Numbered from the stretch's first letter, positions 16,945 through 26,722 are shown. The stretch is DNA of 64,000 nt from Dehalococcoidia bacterium (GCA_965248955.1 OZ252212.1:66668-130667), one strand, 5' to 3'. Notes: generated from the letters alone by a model not told the origin. Numbers and translations: made by a program.

Positions 16945-18120
16945 CTATTCGTATCTCAGTGCTTCGACGGGGTCGAGTCTTGCCGCATTCCATGCCGGCA
17001 CCAGCCCGGCAAGCATGCCGAGGACGGTAGCAAAGGCAAGGGCAAAGATGGCGGTGCCAAGGGTGAGTTGGAAAAGGACGGTGCCGGATGCCCGGCCCAG
17101 CTCATTGGCAACGAATACAACAATGCTGCCAAGGATGAGACCTATGGTTCCACCGATGAGGCCAATCAGGCCAGCTTCCAGAACCAGTTCGCGGGTGATC
17201 CTTGCCCTGGAGGCACCGATGGCACGCTTTATTCCTATCTCCCTAGTCCGCTCTGCGACGCTCATTGCCATTGTGTTGATCACGGAAAGGCCGCCCACGG
17301 CCAAGCTGATCAGTGCCACGCCCAGGATGATGGCGTTGAAGATGGCGATTGCCGACCCTATCTGCTCGTCGAAGTCTTCCCCAGTCTGTGCACGGATATG
17401 CTCTATTTCTTGCTCAATAGTCTCTGCTAGGACAGCAATGTCGATCCCGTCCTTGGGATAGACCACAACCTGAGAGGCGAGGTTGCCGGCTCCAAGTCCT
17501 TGGCGCGCCACAATAGGGGCGTCTTCGGCGAGGAGGCGTTGCGCAGCGGCAAGCGGCATTACCACGGTGGTGTCAGGAGCAGTGAGGGTAGGTTCCAGCA
17601 CTCCGATGACGTCGAACTCACTTCCCCGTATAGTCATCTTGTCGCCGGGGCCTTTGCCGTATTTGCGAGTGAGGTCAGAGCCCAATACAACCACGTCGCG
17701 ACCCTCATCGTCCGGGGTGATGAGGCGGCCCCTTGCAGCACTTAGTTGGAACTTTTCGCGGCCCTGGTCCGCTCCGGCCACTGCACCGCTGATCAGATCT
17801 GGGATTCCAAACGCTGCGGCAGAGTTGTCCGGATCCACGAGGAGAATCACCTCTGGGACCGTCACAGCTACTCCTGGGATATCCAATATTTCGGTGGCGA
17901 CGCTAATCGGCATGGGTGTGAACCCAAAGCCAAAGGAGGGGTTTGTGGCGTCATTAACGATTATCTTGTCCTGGTAGTAGGTGCTGCCGCCCTCTACCAG
18001 GGCCCCAATTTTGTTGGCCATGGAACTCATCACGACGAGAGCCCATATACCAATGGTTATGCCTACGACTGTTAGACTTGTGCGCAGCTTGCGGCGAGCC
18101 AGGTTGCGTATTAGCCTCAA
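16945..18120 (-). CDS. ABC transporter permease, FtsX/MacB family
   Basis: 391 aa. N-terminal TM, large extracytoplasmic domain, C-terminal FtsX-type four-helix region (ERTREIGIKRAIGASR). Immediately upstream of the ATPase. Confidence 0.85.
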   Translation of the reverse strand: MRLIRNLARRKLRTSLTVVGITIGIWALVVMSSMANKIGALVEGGSTYYQDKIIVNDATNPSFGFGFTPMPISVATEILDIPGVAVTVPEVILLVDPDNSAAAFGIPDLISGAVAGADQGREKFQLSAARGRLITPDDEGRDVVVLGSDLTRKYGKGPGDKMTIRGSEFDVIGVLEPTLTAPDTTVVMPLAAAQRLLAEDAPIVARQGLGAGNLASQVVVYPKDGIDIAVLAETIEQEIEHIRAQTGEDFDEQIGSAIAIFNAIILGVALISLAVGGLSVINTMAMSVAERTREIGIKRAIGASRARITRELVLEAGLIGLIGGTIGLILGSIVVFVANELGRASGTVLFQLTLGTAIFALAFATVLGMLAGLVPAWNAARLDPVEALRYE

Positions 18121-18210
18121 TACTCCTCCCCAGGTGAGTATGCAAGGATCATATCATATGTGCCTGCCGCGCTGGAAGGTGAGTTGGCGGATCCTAGAAG
18201 TGTATGGAAG

Positions 18211-19320
18211 CTACGGCCCCTCCATTGCCTTCAGGCGCTGTTTCATCTGATCCAGCAGGGGTGTTGCCGACGGGTCTACGCCGTAGAGTGCAGCCAGGTA
18301 GTAGCTCACGAAGTCTCCGATGAATGTGGTGCTGAGGATCTGGGCCAGGGGCGACTTCCCAACTGCCTCCACCTGGTAGTTGGGCAAGGAGTGACGGTCG
18401 AGCAGCTCCCGGGTCAGGCGGTAGCGCGGGGAGACGCGGGGATGGAGGAGGTCGGAGTGCAGAAGGACGACGGCAATGCCACTGGGTGCCAGGCCGGTAT
18501 TCACGAAGCTCTGAATGGAGTTGTGGTTGACTTCAGGTATCTCCTCAGCGAAGGCCCAGGCTTTGCTGTTTTCGTTGAGGAGCACCTTCCAACGTCGCGC
18601 CACCCCGGAGAGGAGGCCGGCTCCGTAAACCACAACGAGTCTGTTGAACAGGTTCACCGCAAGCTGCTTGGCCGGGTTTTGGGACGTTGGAACGTTGGAG
18701 GTAAGGGACGAGCGCAGCTCTCTGAGCACAAGGCCGGCCTCCTCCATGTCCGCCGATCTATCCTGAAGCAGACCAAGCCGGCAGAGGACGGCCATGGGCG
18801 CGGCGAAAGTGTATCCCAAGGCGGCCCTGGGCTCTCCGTCGAACCGTATAGCAAGGATGGGGACGCCATCCTTGCTCGCCTGGCGGCCCAGCTCGCCACC
18901 GCTTGTGATGACGACTACCTTGGCACCGACGTTTCTTGCCTGCCGGTACATGGATAGGGTCTCCTGAGTGTTGCCGGAGTGGCTGGAGACGATGGTGAGA
19001 GTATCGGCGCCTATCCAGCCCGGCAAGCTATAGTCTCGAATCACCGAAAGCGGTGCAGTCTTCTCCTGGCTGATCAGGCTAGCGAGAATATCGCCGCCGA
19101 TGGCAGAGCCGCCGACACCGAGTATAGCCACCGACCGGCTATCGGCGTAGAAGCCGGGCAGTTCTAGGGCTTTGGCTTCTCGCCAAGCCTGTTCGCATTG
19201 GTCGGGCAGCCCGGCGATTCTGTCGTGCAAGCCGGATGGATCAAGGCGTGCATAGCTGGCCGGGTCATCGATGGAAATAGCGGTTTCGGTTCTAGCGTCC
19301 ATGATTTCGATAGTAGTCAA
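18211..19320 (-). CDS. Bifunctional phosphoglucose/phosphomannose isomerase (SIS domain)
   Basis: 369 aa. ILGVGGSAIGGDIL and IVSSHSGNTQET SIS motifs, with length and architecture of the PGI/PMI family. Confidence 0.8.
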   Translation of the reverse strand: MTTIEIMDARTETAISIDDPASYARLDPSGLHDRIAGLPDQCEQAWREAKALELPGFYADSRSVAILGVGGSAIGGDILASLISQEKTAPLSVIRDYSLPGWIGADTLTIVSSHSGNTQETLSMYRQARNVGAKVVVITSGGELGRQASKDGVPILAIRFDGEPRAALGYTFAAPMAVLCRLGLLQDRSADMEEAGLVLRELRSSLTSNVPTSQNPAKQLAVNLFNRLVVVYGAGLLSGVARRWKVLLNENSKAWAFAEEIPEVNHNSIQSFVNTGLAPSGIAVVLLHSDLLHPRVSPRYRLTRELLDRHSLPNYQVEAVGKSPLAQILSTTFIGDFVSYYLAALYGVDPSATPLLDQMKQRLKAMEGP

Positions 19321-20224
19321 CGGTGAGCTTCAGCCCCGCCGCCAGGTCCACCCGGGGAGACCATCCAAGCAGATGTTCCGCCTTCCGGTTGTCCAGGGAA
19401 ATTTTGAATACGTCGCCCTCACGCGGCTCTTTATGAACAGGCCGCTCCTTGTAACCGGTCGCTTCCGCCAGCATGGCAAAAACCGCGTTTATGGTTGTAC
19501 CGTAGCCTGCACCTATGTTGTATTCTTCGTTGGTCTCTTGCTCAAGAGCCTTCAGGTTGGCCTCCACTACGTCTCCAACGTAGACAAAGTCCCGTTCCTG
19601 TTCGCCGCTGCCAAAGATGGTCACTTCTTTATTCTCCAGCATCAGCTGAGTAAAAATAGCGATGACGCCGGCCTCACCGTAGGGGTCTTGGCGGGGGCCA
19701 TAGACGTTGCTGGGGCGCAATATAGTGTACTTGAACCCCGCCGATGCTCCATAGGCATGTACGTAGCTCTCCGCGGCGTGCTTACTGGCGCCATAAGGAG
19801 AGACAGGTCTGACGGCGTGGGTCTCCGAGCAGGGAAGCTGACTTGGATTGCCGTAAAGGGCGCCGCCCGTTGAACTGTACACGAATCTGTGCACTCCAAA
19901 TCTGCCGCACATCCGGAGCAGGTTCAGCGTGCCCATTACGTTTACTCTGGCGTCTTCCTCCGGGTCAGCAACGGACCTGGCCACGCTTGCTTGTGCGGCG
20001 AGGTGAAACACAACCTGGGGTTTTTCCTGCCGGAAGACGTCGGCTAGCTCGGCGGCCCCTATGTCCAACTGATGGAAGGAGACCTTGGGGTTCAGATGCC
20101 TCCTGCGCCCGCTGCTGAGGTCGTCCACCACTGCTACGTGGAGACCCTGTTCAAGCAAACGGTCGGCGAGGTGAGAGCCAACGAAGCCCGCGCCACCCGT
20201 AACAAGGACGCTGCTGTAGCTCAC
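19292..20224 (-). CDS. NAD-dependent epimerase/dehydratase (GalE-like SDR)
   Basis: 310 aa. VLVTGGAGFVGSHL Rossmann motif and YGASKHAAE catalytic YxxxK. Confidence 0.85.
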   Translation of the reverse strand: MSYSSVLVTGGAGFVGSHLADRLLEQGLHVAVVDDLSSGRRRHLNPKVSFHQLDIGAAELADVFRQEKPQVVFHLAAQASVARSVADPEEDARVNVMGTLNLLRMCGRFGVHRFVYSSTGGALYGNPSQLPCSETHAVRPVSPYGASKHAAESYVHAYGASAGFKYTILRPSNVYGPRQDPYGEAGVIAIFTQLMLENKEVTIFGSGEQERDFVYVGDVVEANLKALEQETNEEYNIGAGYGTTINAVFAMLAEATGYKERPVHKEPREGDVFKISLDNRKAEHLLGWSPRVDLAAGLKLTVDYYRNHGR

Positions 20225-20922
20225 AACCGGTTCCCAGGGGTAATCAGGATGGCTTCTTCAGCTTCTCGCAGGTCCTTGTGGTTGTCCACGGCCTTCCAGA
20301 ATGACCTAGAGCAATAGGCAAATAGCTTGCCCTCATCTGCCAGGCGGGGGAAAGTCGTCGTTTCATGGTCGCCCAGGTCAGGCAATTCTGACCTGATTGC
20401 CGTTTCCAGGAGATAGATGCCAGCGTTGATCCACAACGGCAGCTCTCCCTTTTCTCTGAATGCCGTGATTCGGTTGGAGCCTTCTATCTCCACTACGCCG
20501 TAAGCGCTAGGGTAGGGGGTTAGCATGACGGTGGCCAGGGCGCCAGTGTCTCTGTGCGGTTCTATCATCAGCCTCAAGTCTTCGTTGGTGAGTATGTCCC
20601 CATTACAGGCCAGAACCGTCGACTCGGAATCCGGAACGCAGGTCAGGCCCTGTTTTAGGGCTCCTCCTCTTCCAAGGGGCGCTTCTTCCACGGAGTATTG
20701 GATGTTGACCCCCAGCCGGGAGCCGTCACCGAAATAGTCTCTTATGCTCTCCCACCTGTATCCGCAGAGGATTATGAAATCGGTAATGCCTAGTTCCTTA
20801 TGTTTAGTTACCTGATGCCAGAGAATGGGCTTGCCGTTGACCTCTACCATGGGCTTGGCCACGGTATCGGTCAGCGGCCGTAACCGCTCGCCCTTTCCAC
20901 CGGCAAGGATGAGTGCATACAT
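20221..20922 (-). CDS. Sugar-phosphate nucleotidyltransferase
   Basis: MYALILAGGKGERLRPLTDTVAKPMV N-terminus (GxGxRL motif) from ATG 20922. The longer ORF-track start at 21027 runs into a palindromic repeat element. Confidence 0.85.
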   Translation of the reverse strand: MYALILAGGKGERLRPLTDTVAKPMVEVNGKPILWHQVTKHKELGITDFIILCGYRWESIRDYFGDGSRLGVNIQYSVEEAPLGRGGALKQGLTCVPDSESTVLACNGDILTNEDLRLMIEPHRDTGALATVMLTPYPSAYGVVEIEGSNRITAFREKGELPLWINAGIYLLETAIRSELPDLGDHETTTFPRLADEGKLFAYCSRSFWKAVDNHKDLREAEEAILITPGNRL

Positions 20923-21022
20923 GCTGAGAACATCATATTCCGTGAAGTCATAAGGCTTCAAGGGGGTGTATACGGGCATACGAGCAGGCGGGCATCCATG
21001 GGGGGTGCGTCCCACACATCCC

Positions 21023-21130
21023 GTCATTCTGAGGCCGAACAGACTGAAGAATCTCCAGCGCCACTTTAGCCAACGCAGAGATTCTTCGCCGGAGGTTGGC
21101 GAGGTGTTAGACCGCTCGGCTCAGAATGAC
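21023..21130. repeat. Nested inverted-repeat (MITE/REP-like) element
   Basis: Outer arms GTCATTCTGAGGCCGAAC (21023-21040) and GCTCGGCTCAGAATGAC (21114-21130). Inner arms GAAGAATCTC (21047-21056) and GAGATTCTTC (21078-21087). Confidence 0.55.
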
Positions 21131-21190
21131 AGGGGCAGGCGCTTTTCGCCCGATGTTTCGTAACATGAGAGGAAACAATGGAGAATGCAA

Positions 21191-21219
21191 TTGCCGTGGT
21201 TAACCAAGTGTGTTATATT
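21191..21219 (+). promoter_or_regulatory. Candidate sigma-70-type promoter for rpsO-pnp
   Basis: TTGCCG - 17 nt - TATATT, about 45 nt upstream of the rpsO start. Confidence 0.3.
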
Positions 21220-21261
21220 CGCTGATGACAAGAATAGAGAAGGTGAAAGTAAATAGAGCGG

Positions 21262-21528
21262 ATGCTAGGAACGGAAAGTAAGCAAGCCATCTTCAAGGGA
21301 TTCGGCGGACACGAAAAGGACACAGGGTCAACGGAAGTTCAGGTAGCTCTACTCACAGAGCGTATCAATGAGTTGACGGGCCACCTGAGGTCTCATCATA
21401 AGGACTACCAGTGCAGACGTGGTCTTATGAGGCTGGTGGGTCGTAGGCGTCAGTTGCTGTCATACCTCAGCCGCGAAGACGTGGGACGTTACGCAAATAT
21501 CCTAGCAAGATTAGGACTACGCCGGTAG
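21262..21528 (+). CDS. rpsO: 30S ribosomal protein S15
   Basis: 88 aa. DTGSTEVQVALLTERINELTGHLRSHHKDYQCRRGLMRLVGRRRQLLSYL..ARLGLRR is canonical S15. Confidence 0.96.
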   Translation: MLGTESKQAIFKGFGGHEKDTGSTEVQVALLTERINELTGHLRSHHKDYQCRRGLMRLVGRRRQLLSYLSREDVGRYANILARLGLRR

Positions 21529-21560
21529 CACCCCTTCCCCAAGGGGTGTTTTCGCTTTTC
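21529..21560 (+). terminator. Rho-independent terminator/attenuator between rpsO and pnp
   Basis: CACCCCTT-cccc-AAGGGGTG stem-loop followed by TTTTCGCTTTTC, starting right after the rpsO stop. Confidence 0.7.
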
Positions 21561-21597
21561 CTGGGCGCCTGCTCCGGATACAAAGGAGTCTTTTTCC

Positions 21598-23880
21598 ATG
21601 GTTGAAACTTTTTCACGTGAAATTGGTGGACGTACGCTTATTGTTGAGATTGGGAGATATGCAGAACAGGCCAACGGGGCCGCTCTGATCCGGTACGGGG
21701 ACTCCATAGTCCTCTGTACCGTGAATAGCGCCCAAGCAAGGGAAGGCATAGATTTCTTCCCCCTGACCGTAGACTACGAGGAAAGGCTGTACGCGGCGGG
21801 CAAGATTCCCGGAAGCTTCTTTCGCAGGGAAGGCCGGCCCACGCAAGACGCCATCCTGGCGGCCCGGTTGACGGATCGCTCAATACGACCGCTGTTCCCC
21901 AAGGATTTCCGCAGCGAAGTACAGGTCATCAATACCGTACTGTCGGTGGACCACGAGAACCCTCCCGAAACGCTTTCCATAATAGGAGCGTCCATTGTGC
22001 TGACCATGTCGGACATTCCGTTCGAGGGCCCCATAGGGGCTTGTCGGCTGGGATATATGGACGGAGAGTTCCTGGTCAGCCCCACCTACAAGCAGATAAG
22101 CGGTGGAGGCCTTGACCTCGTGGTAGCAGGGACCAGGGATGCCGTGATCATGGTGGAGGCGGGAGCCGGTGAGGTATCTGAAGAGCAGCTCTTGGAGGCC
22201 ATGGCCCTGGGGCAGGAGGTCAACCTGGAGCTGGTGTCGCTTCAAGAGGAGATCGCCCAAAGGGTGGGCAAGCAGAAAGTCCACTACATTCCGCTCCTCC
22301 AACCCTCCCTTGATCTGCAGTCGGAGGTGGATTCCATGCTGCAGGGACGGGTGAAGGATTTGTTCGACGAAGGGGCGGCAAAGGGAGAGAGGAACGCTGC
22401 ACTGGACGAGTTGAAGCAGGAGGCCGTGGAGCGCTTCGAAGAGGAGCATGGCGCAGGCCTTGTATCGGAAGCGTTCGAAAGGCTCCTGAAGAAAACAATG
22501 CGCAACAACGTTATACACGAAGGCAGACGCCCCGATGGGCGCCGGCCTGAGGAGATACGGCCGATCAGCACGGAAGTGGGAGTGCTGCCCAGGACTCACG
22601 GTACGGGCATGTTCAAACGTGGCCAGACTCAAGTCCTTTCCATAGCCACTCTGGGCTCCCTGAGCATGACGCAGAACTTGGACACCCTGAGCCCGGATGA
22701 GACCAAGCGGTACATGCATCACTACAACTTCCCGCCGTACTCCGTGGGAGAGGTGCGACGCATGGGCGGCGCGGGCCGGCGCGAGATAGGACACGGCGCA
22801 CTCGCCGAGAGGGCGCTTCTTCCCGTGATCCCGGACGAGGCGGAATTCCCCTATACCATCAGGGTGGTGTCGGAAGTGGTGAGCTCCAACGGAAGCACGT
22901 CCATGGCCAGCGTTTGTGGAAGCACTCTGGCGCTCATGGATGCCGGCGTTCCCATAAAGAAGCCAGTGGCCGGCGTGGCCATGGGCCTCATCATGGGCGA
23001 GACCGGGGAATACGCCGTGCTCACGGATATCCAGGGCATTGAAGACTTCCAGGGAGACATGGACTTCAAGGTTGCCGGAACGGACGACGGCGTGACGGCG
23101 CTCCAGATGGACGTCAAGGTGAAGGGGATCAACTTTGAAATAATGAGCAAAGCGCTGGAGCAGGCGCGCCAAGGACGTCTGTTCATTCTGGACAAGATGA
23201 GGGAAACAATGCCCGGGGTGAGACAGGAGCTCAGCCCGTATGCTCCTCGTATGCATAAGATGTCGATCCCTGTGGAAAAGATAGGCGCGGTCATTGGCCC
23301 AGGGGGCAGGACTATAAAGGCTATAATCCAGGAAACCAAGGCCACTATAGACATAGAGAACGACGGCACGGTGACCATAGGTTCCACCAGTGAAGAGTCC
23401 GCCAAGGCGGCCATAGAGGCGTTGCAAGGACTGATCCGAGAGCCGGAAATAGGCGAGATCTACACGGGGAAGGTGACCAGGCTCATGGAATTTGGCGCTT
23501 TCGTGGAGATCATGCCTGGCAAAGAAGGCCTGGTGCACATCAGCCAGCTGGCCGAGCATCGCGTGGAAAGGGTTGAGGACGAGGTAACGGTGGGCGACGA
23601 AATAACCGTTATGCTGGTGGAGGTGGACAGGATGGGAAGGATCAACCTCTCCCGTCGCGCCGTCTATGCCGACGGCGCAGGCTCTGAGCAAGGAGAAGAG
23701 AGGCCAAACGGAGCGGAAGGCCGTTCCGACGGCGATAGCTCCCAGCGCGGCGACAACGGCCGCGACGGTTATGGCGCACGGCGAGGGGGTTACTCCCAGC
23801 GCGGCGGCGGCAGAGGGCCAGGTGGCGGGCGTGGACCAAGGCCGGGCGGCGGCCAGAGTCGCGGACCAAGACGCTACTAG
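21598..23880 (+). CDS. pnp: Polyribonucleotide nucleotidyltransferase (PNPase) with Arg/Gly-rich C-terminal tail
   Basis: 760 aa. Two RNase PH domains (FFRREGRPT.., REIGHGALAERAL), KH (IGAVIGPGGRTIK), S1 (GEIYTGKVTRLMEFGAFVEI..GLVHISQLA), then a roughly 70-aa RGG-type tail. Confidence 0.97.
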   Translation: MVETFSREIGGRTLIVEIGRYAEQANGAALIRYGDSIVLCTVNSAQAREGIDFFPLTVDYEERLYAAGKIPGSFFRREGRPTQDAILAARLTDRSIRPLFPKDFRSEVQVINTVLSVDHENPPETLSIIGASIVLTMSDIPFEGPIGACRLGYMDGEFLVSPTYKQISGGGLDLVVAGTRDAVIMVEAGAGEVSEEQLLEAMALGQEVNLELVSLQEEIAQRVGKQKVHYIPLLQPSLDLQSEVDSMLQGRVKDLFDEGAAKGERNAALDELKQEAVERFEEEHGAGLVSEAFERLLKKTMRNNVIHEGRRPDGRRPEEIRPISTEVGVLPRTHGTGMFKRGQTQVLSIATLGSLSMTQNLDTLSPDETKRYMHHYNFPPYSVGEVRRMGGAGRREIGHGALAERALLPVIPDEAEFPYTIRVVSEVVSSNGSTSMASVCGSTLALMDAGVPIKKPVAGVAMGLIMGETGEYAVLTDIQGIEDFQGDMDFKVAGTDDGVTALQMDVKVKGINFEIMSKALEQARQGRLFILDKMRETMPGVRQELSPYAPRMHKMSIPVEKIGAVIGPGGRTIKAIIQETKATIDIENDGTVTIGSTSEESAKAAIEALQGLIREPEIGEIYTGKVTRLMEFGAFVEIMPGKEGLVHISQLAEHRVERVEDEVTVGDEITVMLVEVDRMGRINLSRRAVYADGAGSEQGEERPNGAEGRSDGDSSQRGDNGRDGYGARRGGYSQRGGGRGPGGGRGPRPGGGQSRGPRRY

Positions 23881-23893
23881 TGAGGTTTGAGGA

Positions 23894-24685
23894 GTGGCGC
23901 TGCGAGTAGTAGTGCATGGAGCGCTGGGACGGATGGGCCAGCAGGTGCTGGCTGCTCTCTGCGCGGACGGGGAAGTCGAGCCGACGGGCGGCGTTGACCT
24001 CGGTACGGGCATGGATACCATTGACTTGCCGGACGGCTTGGGCACAATCCCCTATGCAAACAGCACAGCGGACCTGCTTGCACGCGTGCAAGCAGACGTC
24101 CTCATCGACTTCTCATTAGCCACGGCAAGCGTGGAGGCGGCGCGCATGGCTGCTGAAAGGGGGGTCCACGTGGTCGTTGGAACCTCCGGCATGGGCGACC
24201 GGGAGTTGGAAGTGCTGAGAGAGCTGAGTCTCCGTAATGAAGTCGGTGTATTGGTGGTGCCGAACTTTGCCCTTGGAGCAGTGGTACTGACGCATCTGGC
24301 CAGGATTGCCGCCCGCTTCTTTGAATACGCCGATATCCACGAGTCCCACCACGAAGCCAAGATCGACGCTCCGTCAGCGACGGCGCTGGCCCTGGCAAGG
24401 GCAATTGCCGACAACAAGAGTTTCAAGCACCCCGACCCGGAAAAGGAGCCGCTGCCCGGCACTAGGGGCGGAGATTACAACGGAGTATCGATACACAGTA
24501 CGCGGATGCCGGGGCGCTTGGCCCATCACGAGGTGGTCTTCGGGGCGCTGGGGCAAACGCTGAGCCTCAGGCATGATTCCATAAGCCGTGAGTCGTTCAT
24601 GCCCGCCGTGCTGCTGGCGGTGAAAGAAGTTGCCAAACACCGCAGGTTTGAAGTAGGCCTCGAAGGTATCCTGGGTCTTTCCTAA
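23894..24685 (+). CDS. dapB: 4-hydroxy-tetrahydrodipicolinate reductase
   Basis: 263 aa, GTG start. VVVHGALGRMGQ NAD(P) motif and ESHHEAKIDAPSATA (E-HH-K-DAPSGTA signature). Confidence 0.93.
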   Translation: MALRVVVHGALGRMGQQVLAALCADGEVEPTGGVDLGTGMDTIDLPDGLGTIPYANSTADLLARVQADVLIDFSLATASVEAARMAAERGVHVVVGTSGMGDRELEVLRELSLRNEVGVLVVPNFALGAVVLTHLARIAARFFEYADIHESHHEAKIDAPSATALALARAIADNKSFKHPDPEKEPLPGTRGGDYNGVSIHSTRMPGRLAHHEVVFGALGQTLSLRHDSISRESFMPAVLLAVKEVAKHRRFEVGLEGILGLS

Positions 24686-24750
24686 GCAACATTTGTCCAC
24701 CATAGACGGGGATATGGTAAAATTGCTCTATTCTTCGGGGAAGGTGTGAG

Positions 24751-25653
24751 ATGGCTGAGATCGGAAGACTCCTCACAGCAATGGTAACCCCCTTCGATGA
24801 TGAAGGGCGTGTGGATTACGAACAGGCTAAGCGCCTTGCCGTGGCCCTGGTGGAGTCAGGGAGCGACGGTGTTGTGGTAGTGGGCACCACAGGTGAGTCC
24901 CCCATATTGAGCAGGGAGGAGCAGTGTCGCATGTTCGCCGAGGTGAGCAGTGCGCTGAAGGGCAGGGGGGCTGTGGTGGCAGGCGCGGGGAGCAACAACA
25001 CTCACGAGGCGGTGGAGTACACCAAAGACGCTGAAGATGCGGGTGCTGACGCAGTTTTGCACGTGGTCCCCTACTACAACAAGCCCACCCAGGAAGGGTT
25101 GTATCAACACTTCAGGACAATTGCGGAGAACACTCATCTGCCTGTCATTCTATACAACGTGCCCAGCCGCACTATCACCAACCTTACGGCGGATACAACG
25201 CTGAGGTTGAGCCAAATAGACAACGTTCTGGGCGTCAAAGAGGCCAGTGCGGATTTCGCGCAGATTGCCACGATCATCGACAGGGCACCGGAAAGGTTCA
25301 ATGTATGGAGCGGCAACGATGCCGATACGTTCCACATCATGTGCCTGGGAGGGTACGGCGTAGTCAGCGTTGCATCCCACCTGGTGGGTCTGCAGATCAA
25401 GGCGATGATGCAGATGCTCTTGGATGGGAGCGTTAACGGCGCCGCACTGGAACACCGCAGGCTGTTGCCGCTGTTCAAGGGGCTGTTTGTGGTCTCCAAC
25501 CCAATTCCGGTGAAATACGCCACCAACTACGCCGGCTTCAACGTGGGCAAGCCACGCCTGCCTTTGACTGAACCGGATGAGAAGACGGCCGCCTTTCTCA
25601 GTGACCTTGTCAGCAAGTACCAGGTGGACTTGCCGGTTGGATCGCCTGCCTAG
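24751..25653 (+). CDS. dapA: 4-hydroxy-tetrahydrodipicolinate synthase
   Basis: 300 aa. VTPFDDEGRVD, VVVGTTGES, PYYNKPTQEG, ILYNVPSRT, GVKEAS (catalytic Lys). Confidence 0.95.
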   Translation: MAEIGRLLTAMVTPFDDEGRVDYEQAKRLAVALVESGSDGVVVVGTTGESPILSREEQCRMFAEVSSALKGRGAVVAGAGSNNTHEAVEYTKDAEDAGADAVLHVVPYYNKPTQEGLYQHFRTIAENTHLPVILYNVPSRTITNLTADTTLRLSQIDNVLGVKEASADFAQIATIIDRAPERFNVWSGNDADTFHIMCLGGYGVVSVASHLVGLQIKAMMQMLLDGSVNGAALEHRRLLPLFKGLFVVSNPIPVKYATNYAGFNVGKPRLPLTEPDEKTAAFLSDLVSKYQVDLPVGSPA

Positions 25654-25656
25654 GAA

Positions 25657-26247
25657 TCAACCGGTTTTAGGCGCTAGGAAGCAGGTGCTAATGTGGTCGT
25701 TGACCATGCCTACGGCCTGCATGAAGGCGTAGCAAATGGTGGGGCCAACGAATCTGAAGCCACGTTTCTTCAGATCTCTCGACATTGCCTGCGACTGCGG
25801 CGTCACGGCTGGCATGTTTTCAAACGTTATCTCACCTGGTCGGCGATCGCCTTCTTTAGGGGTGAACCGGCAGATGAACTTGTCGAATGAATCGAACTCC
25901 TCTTGTACGTCGAGGAACCGTTGTGCGTTGCATATGAAAGCATCAATTTTGAGTCTATTCCGTACAATTCCCTCATCGGCAAGGAGACGCTTCTTATCCG
26001 TGTCCGTGTATGCGGCGATTTTCACAGCGTCAAAGTTGTCAAAGGCGGTCCGGTAGTTTCCCCTTTTGTTCAGTATGGTTTGCCAGGAAAGGCCCGCCTG
26101 GGCTCCTTCAAGACAGAGGAACTCAAAGAGTAGTCTGTCATCATGAACGGGAACTCCCCACTCCTCGTCGTGATAGCGCATCATTAGAGGGTCATCGGGC
26201 CCTCCAAAGCAACGGGTCTTATGCTCAGAAGAGGTGCTCATGGTCAC
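25657..26247 (-). CDS. tag: DNA-3-methyladenine glycosylase I
   Basis: 196 aa. YHDEEWGVPVHDDRLLFEFLCLEGAQAGLSWQTILNKR and FVGPTICYAFMQAVGMVNDH are typical Tag motifs. Confidence 0.9.
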   Translation of the reverse strand: MTMSTSSEHKTRCFGGPDDPLMMRYHDEEWGVPVHDDRLLFEFLCLEGAQAGLSWQTILNKRGNYRTAFDNFDAVKIAAYTDTDKKRLLADEGIVRNRLKIDAFICNAQRFLDVQEEFDSFDKFICRFTPKEGDRRPGEITFENMPAVTPQSQAMSRDLKKRGFRFVGPTICYAFMQAVGMVNDHISTCFLAPKTG

Positions 26248-26720
26248 CCCAAGCTGGATATTTCCCTTATCAGATTCGCCATTTCTATGGCGGCAAGAGC
26301 GGCGTCATAGCCTCGGTTGCCTTCCTTGCCGCCGGCCCTGGCCATCGCCTGCTCTTCGTTATCCGTGGTGAGGACGCAGAAGATGGTAGGCACACCCGTC
26401 TCGCGCGATACGCTGGCTATGCCGTGAGCGGCTTCCCGGGCGATGTACAGATGGTGATCCGTTTCGTGCCTGATGACGACGCCCAGACAAAGGATGGCGT
26501 CGAATTGACTGGTGTCGGTCAAGTTCTGTGCGACAACGGGGATCTCAAAGGAACCTGGCACCCATGCCACGGTTATGTCCTGTTCCCGGACGCCGTGCGA
26601 GGATAAACCGTTCAACGCGCCCTCCAGCAGCTTGGAGGTGACCGTTTCATTGAAGCGGGACACGACAATGGCTATCTGAAGGCCGTTGCCGTTGTGGCTG
26701 CCCTTGATCTCCCGGACCAT
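26244..26720 (-). CDS. ribH: 6,7-dimethyl-8-ribityllumazine synthase
   Basis: 158 aa. IAIVVSRFNE..T..LL.GA, VPGSFEIPV, GVVIRHETDH (GxxIRGxTxH-like). Confidence 0.93.
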   Translation of the reverse strand: MVREIKGSHNGNGLQIAIVVSRFNETVTSKLLEGALNGLSSHGVREQDITVAWVPGSFEIPVVAQNLTDTSQFDAILCLGVVIRHETDHHLYIAREAAHGIASVSRETGVPTIFCVLTTDNEEQAMARAGGKEGNRGYDAALAAIEMANLIREISSLG

Positions 26721-26722
26721 GG

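Noticed and set aside
21880-24045. 721-aa ORF on the minus strand spanning almost all of pnp and the start of dapB
   Set aside because: It is antisense to an unambiguous PNPase gene. The translation is Arg/Ala/Pro/His-rich low-complexity sequence with no motifs. This is a typical shadow ORF of a GC-rich coding region.
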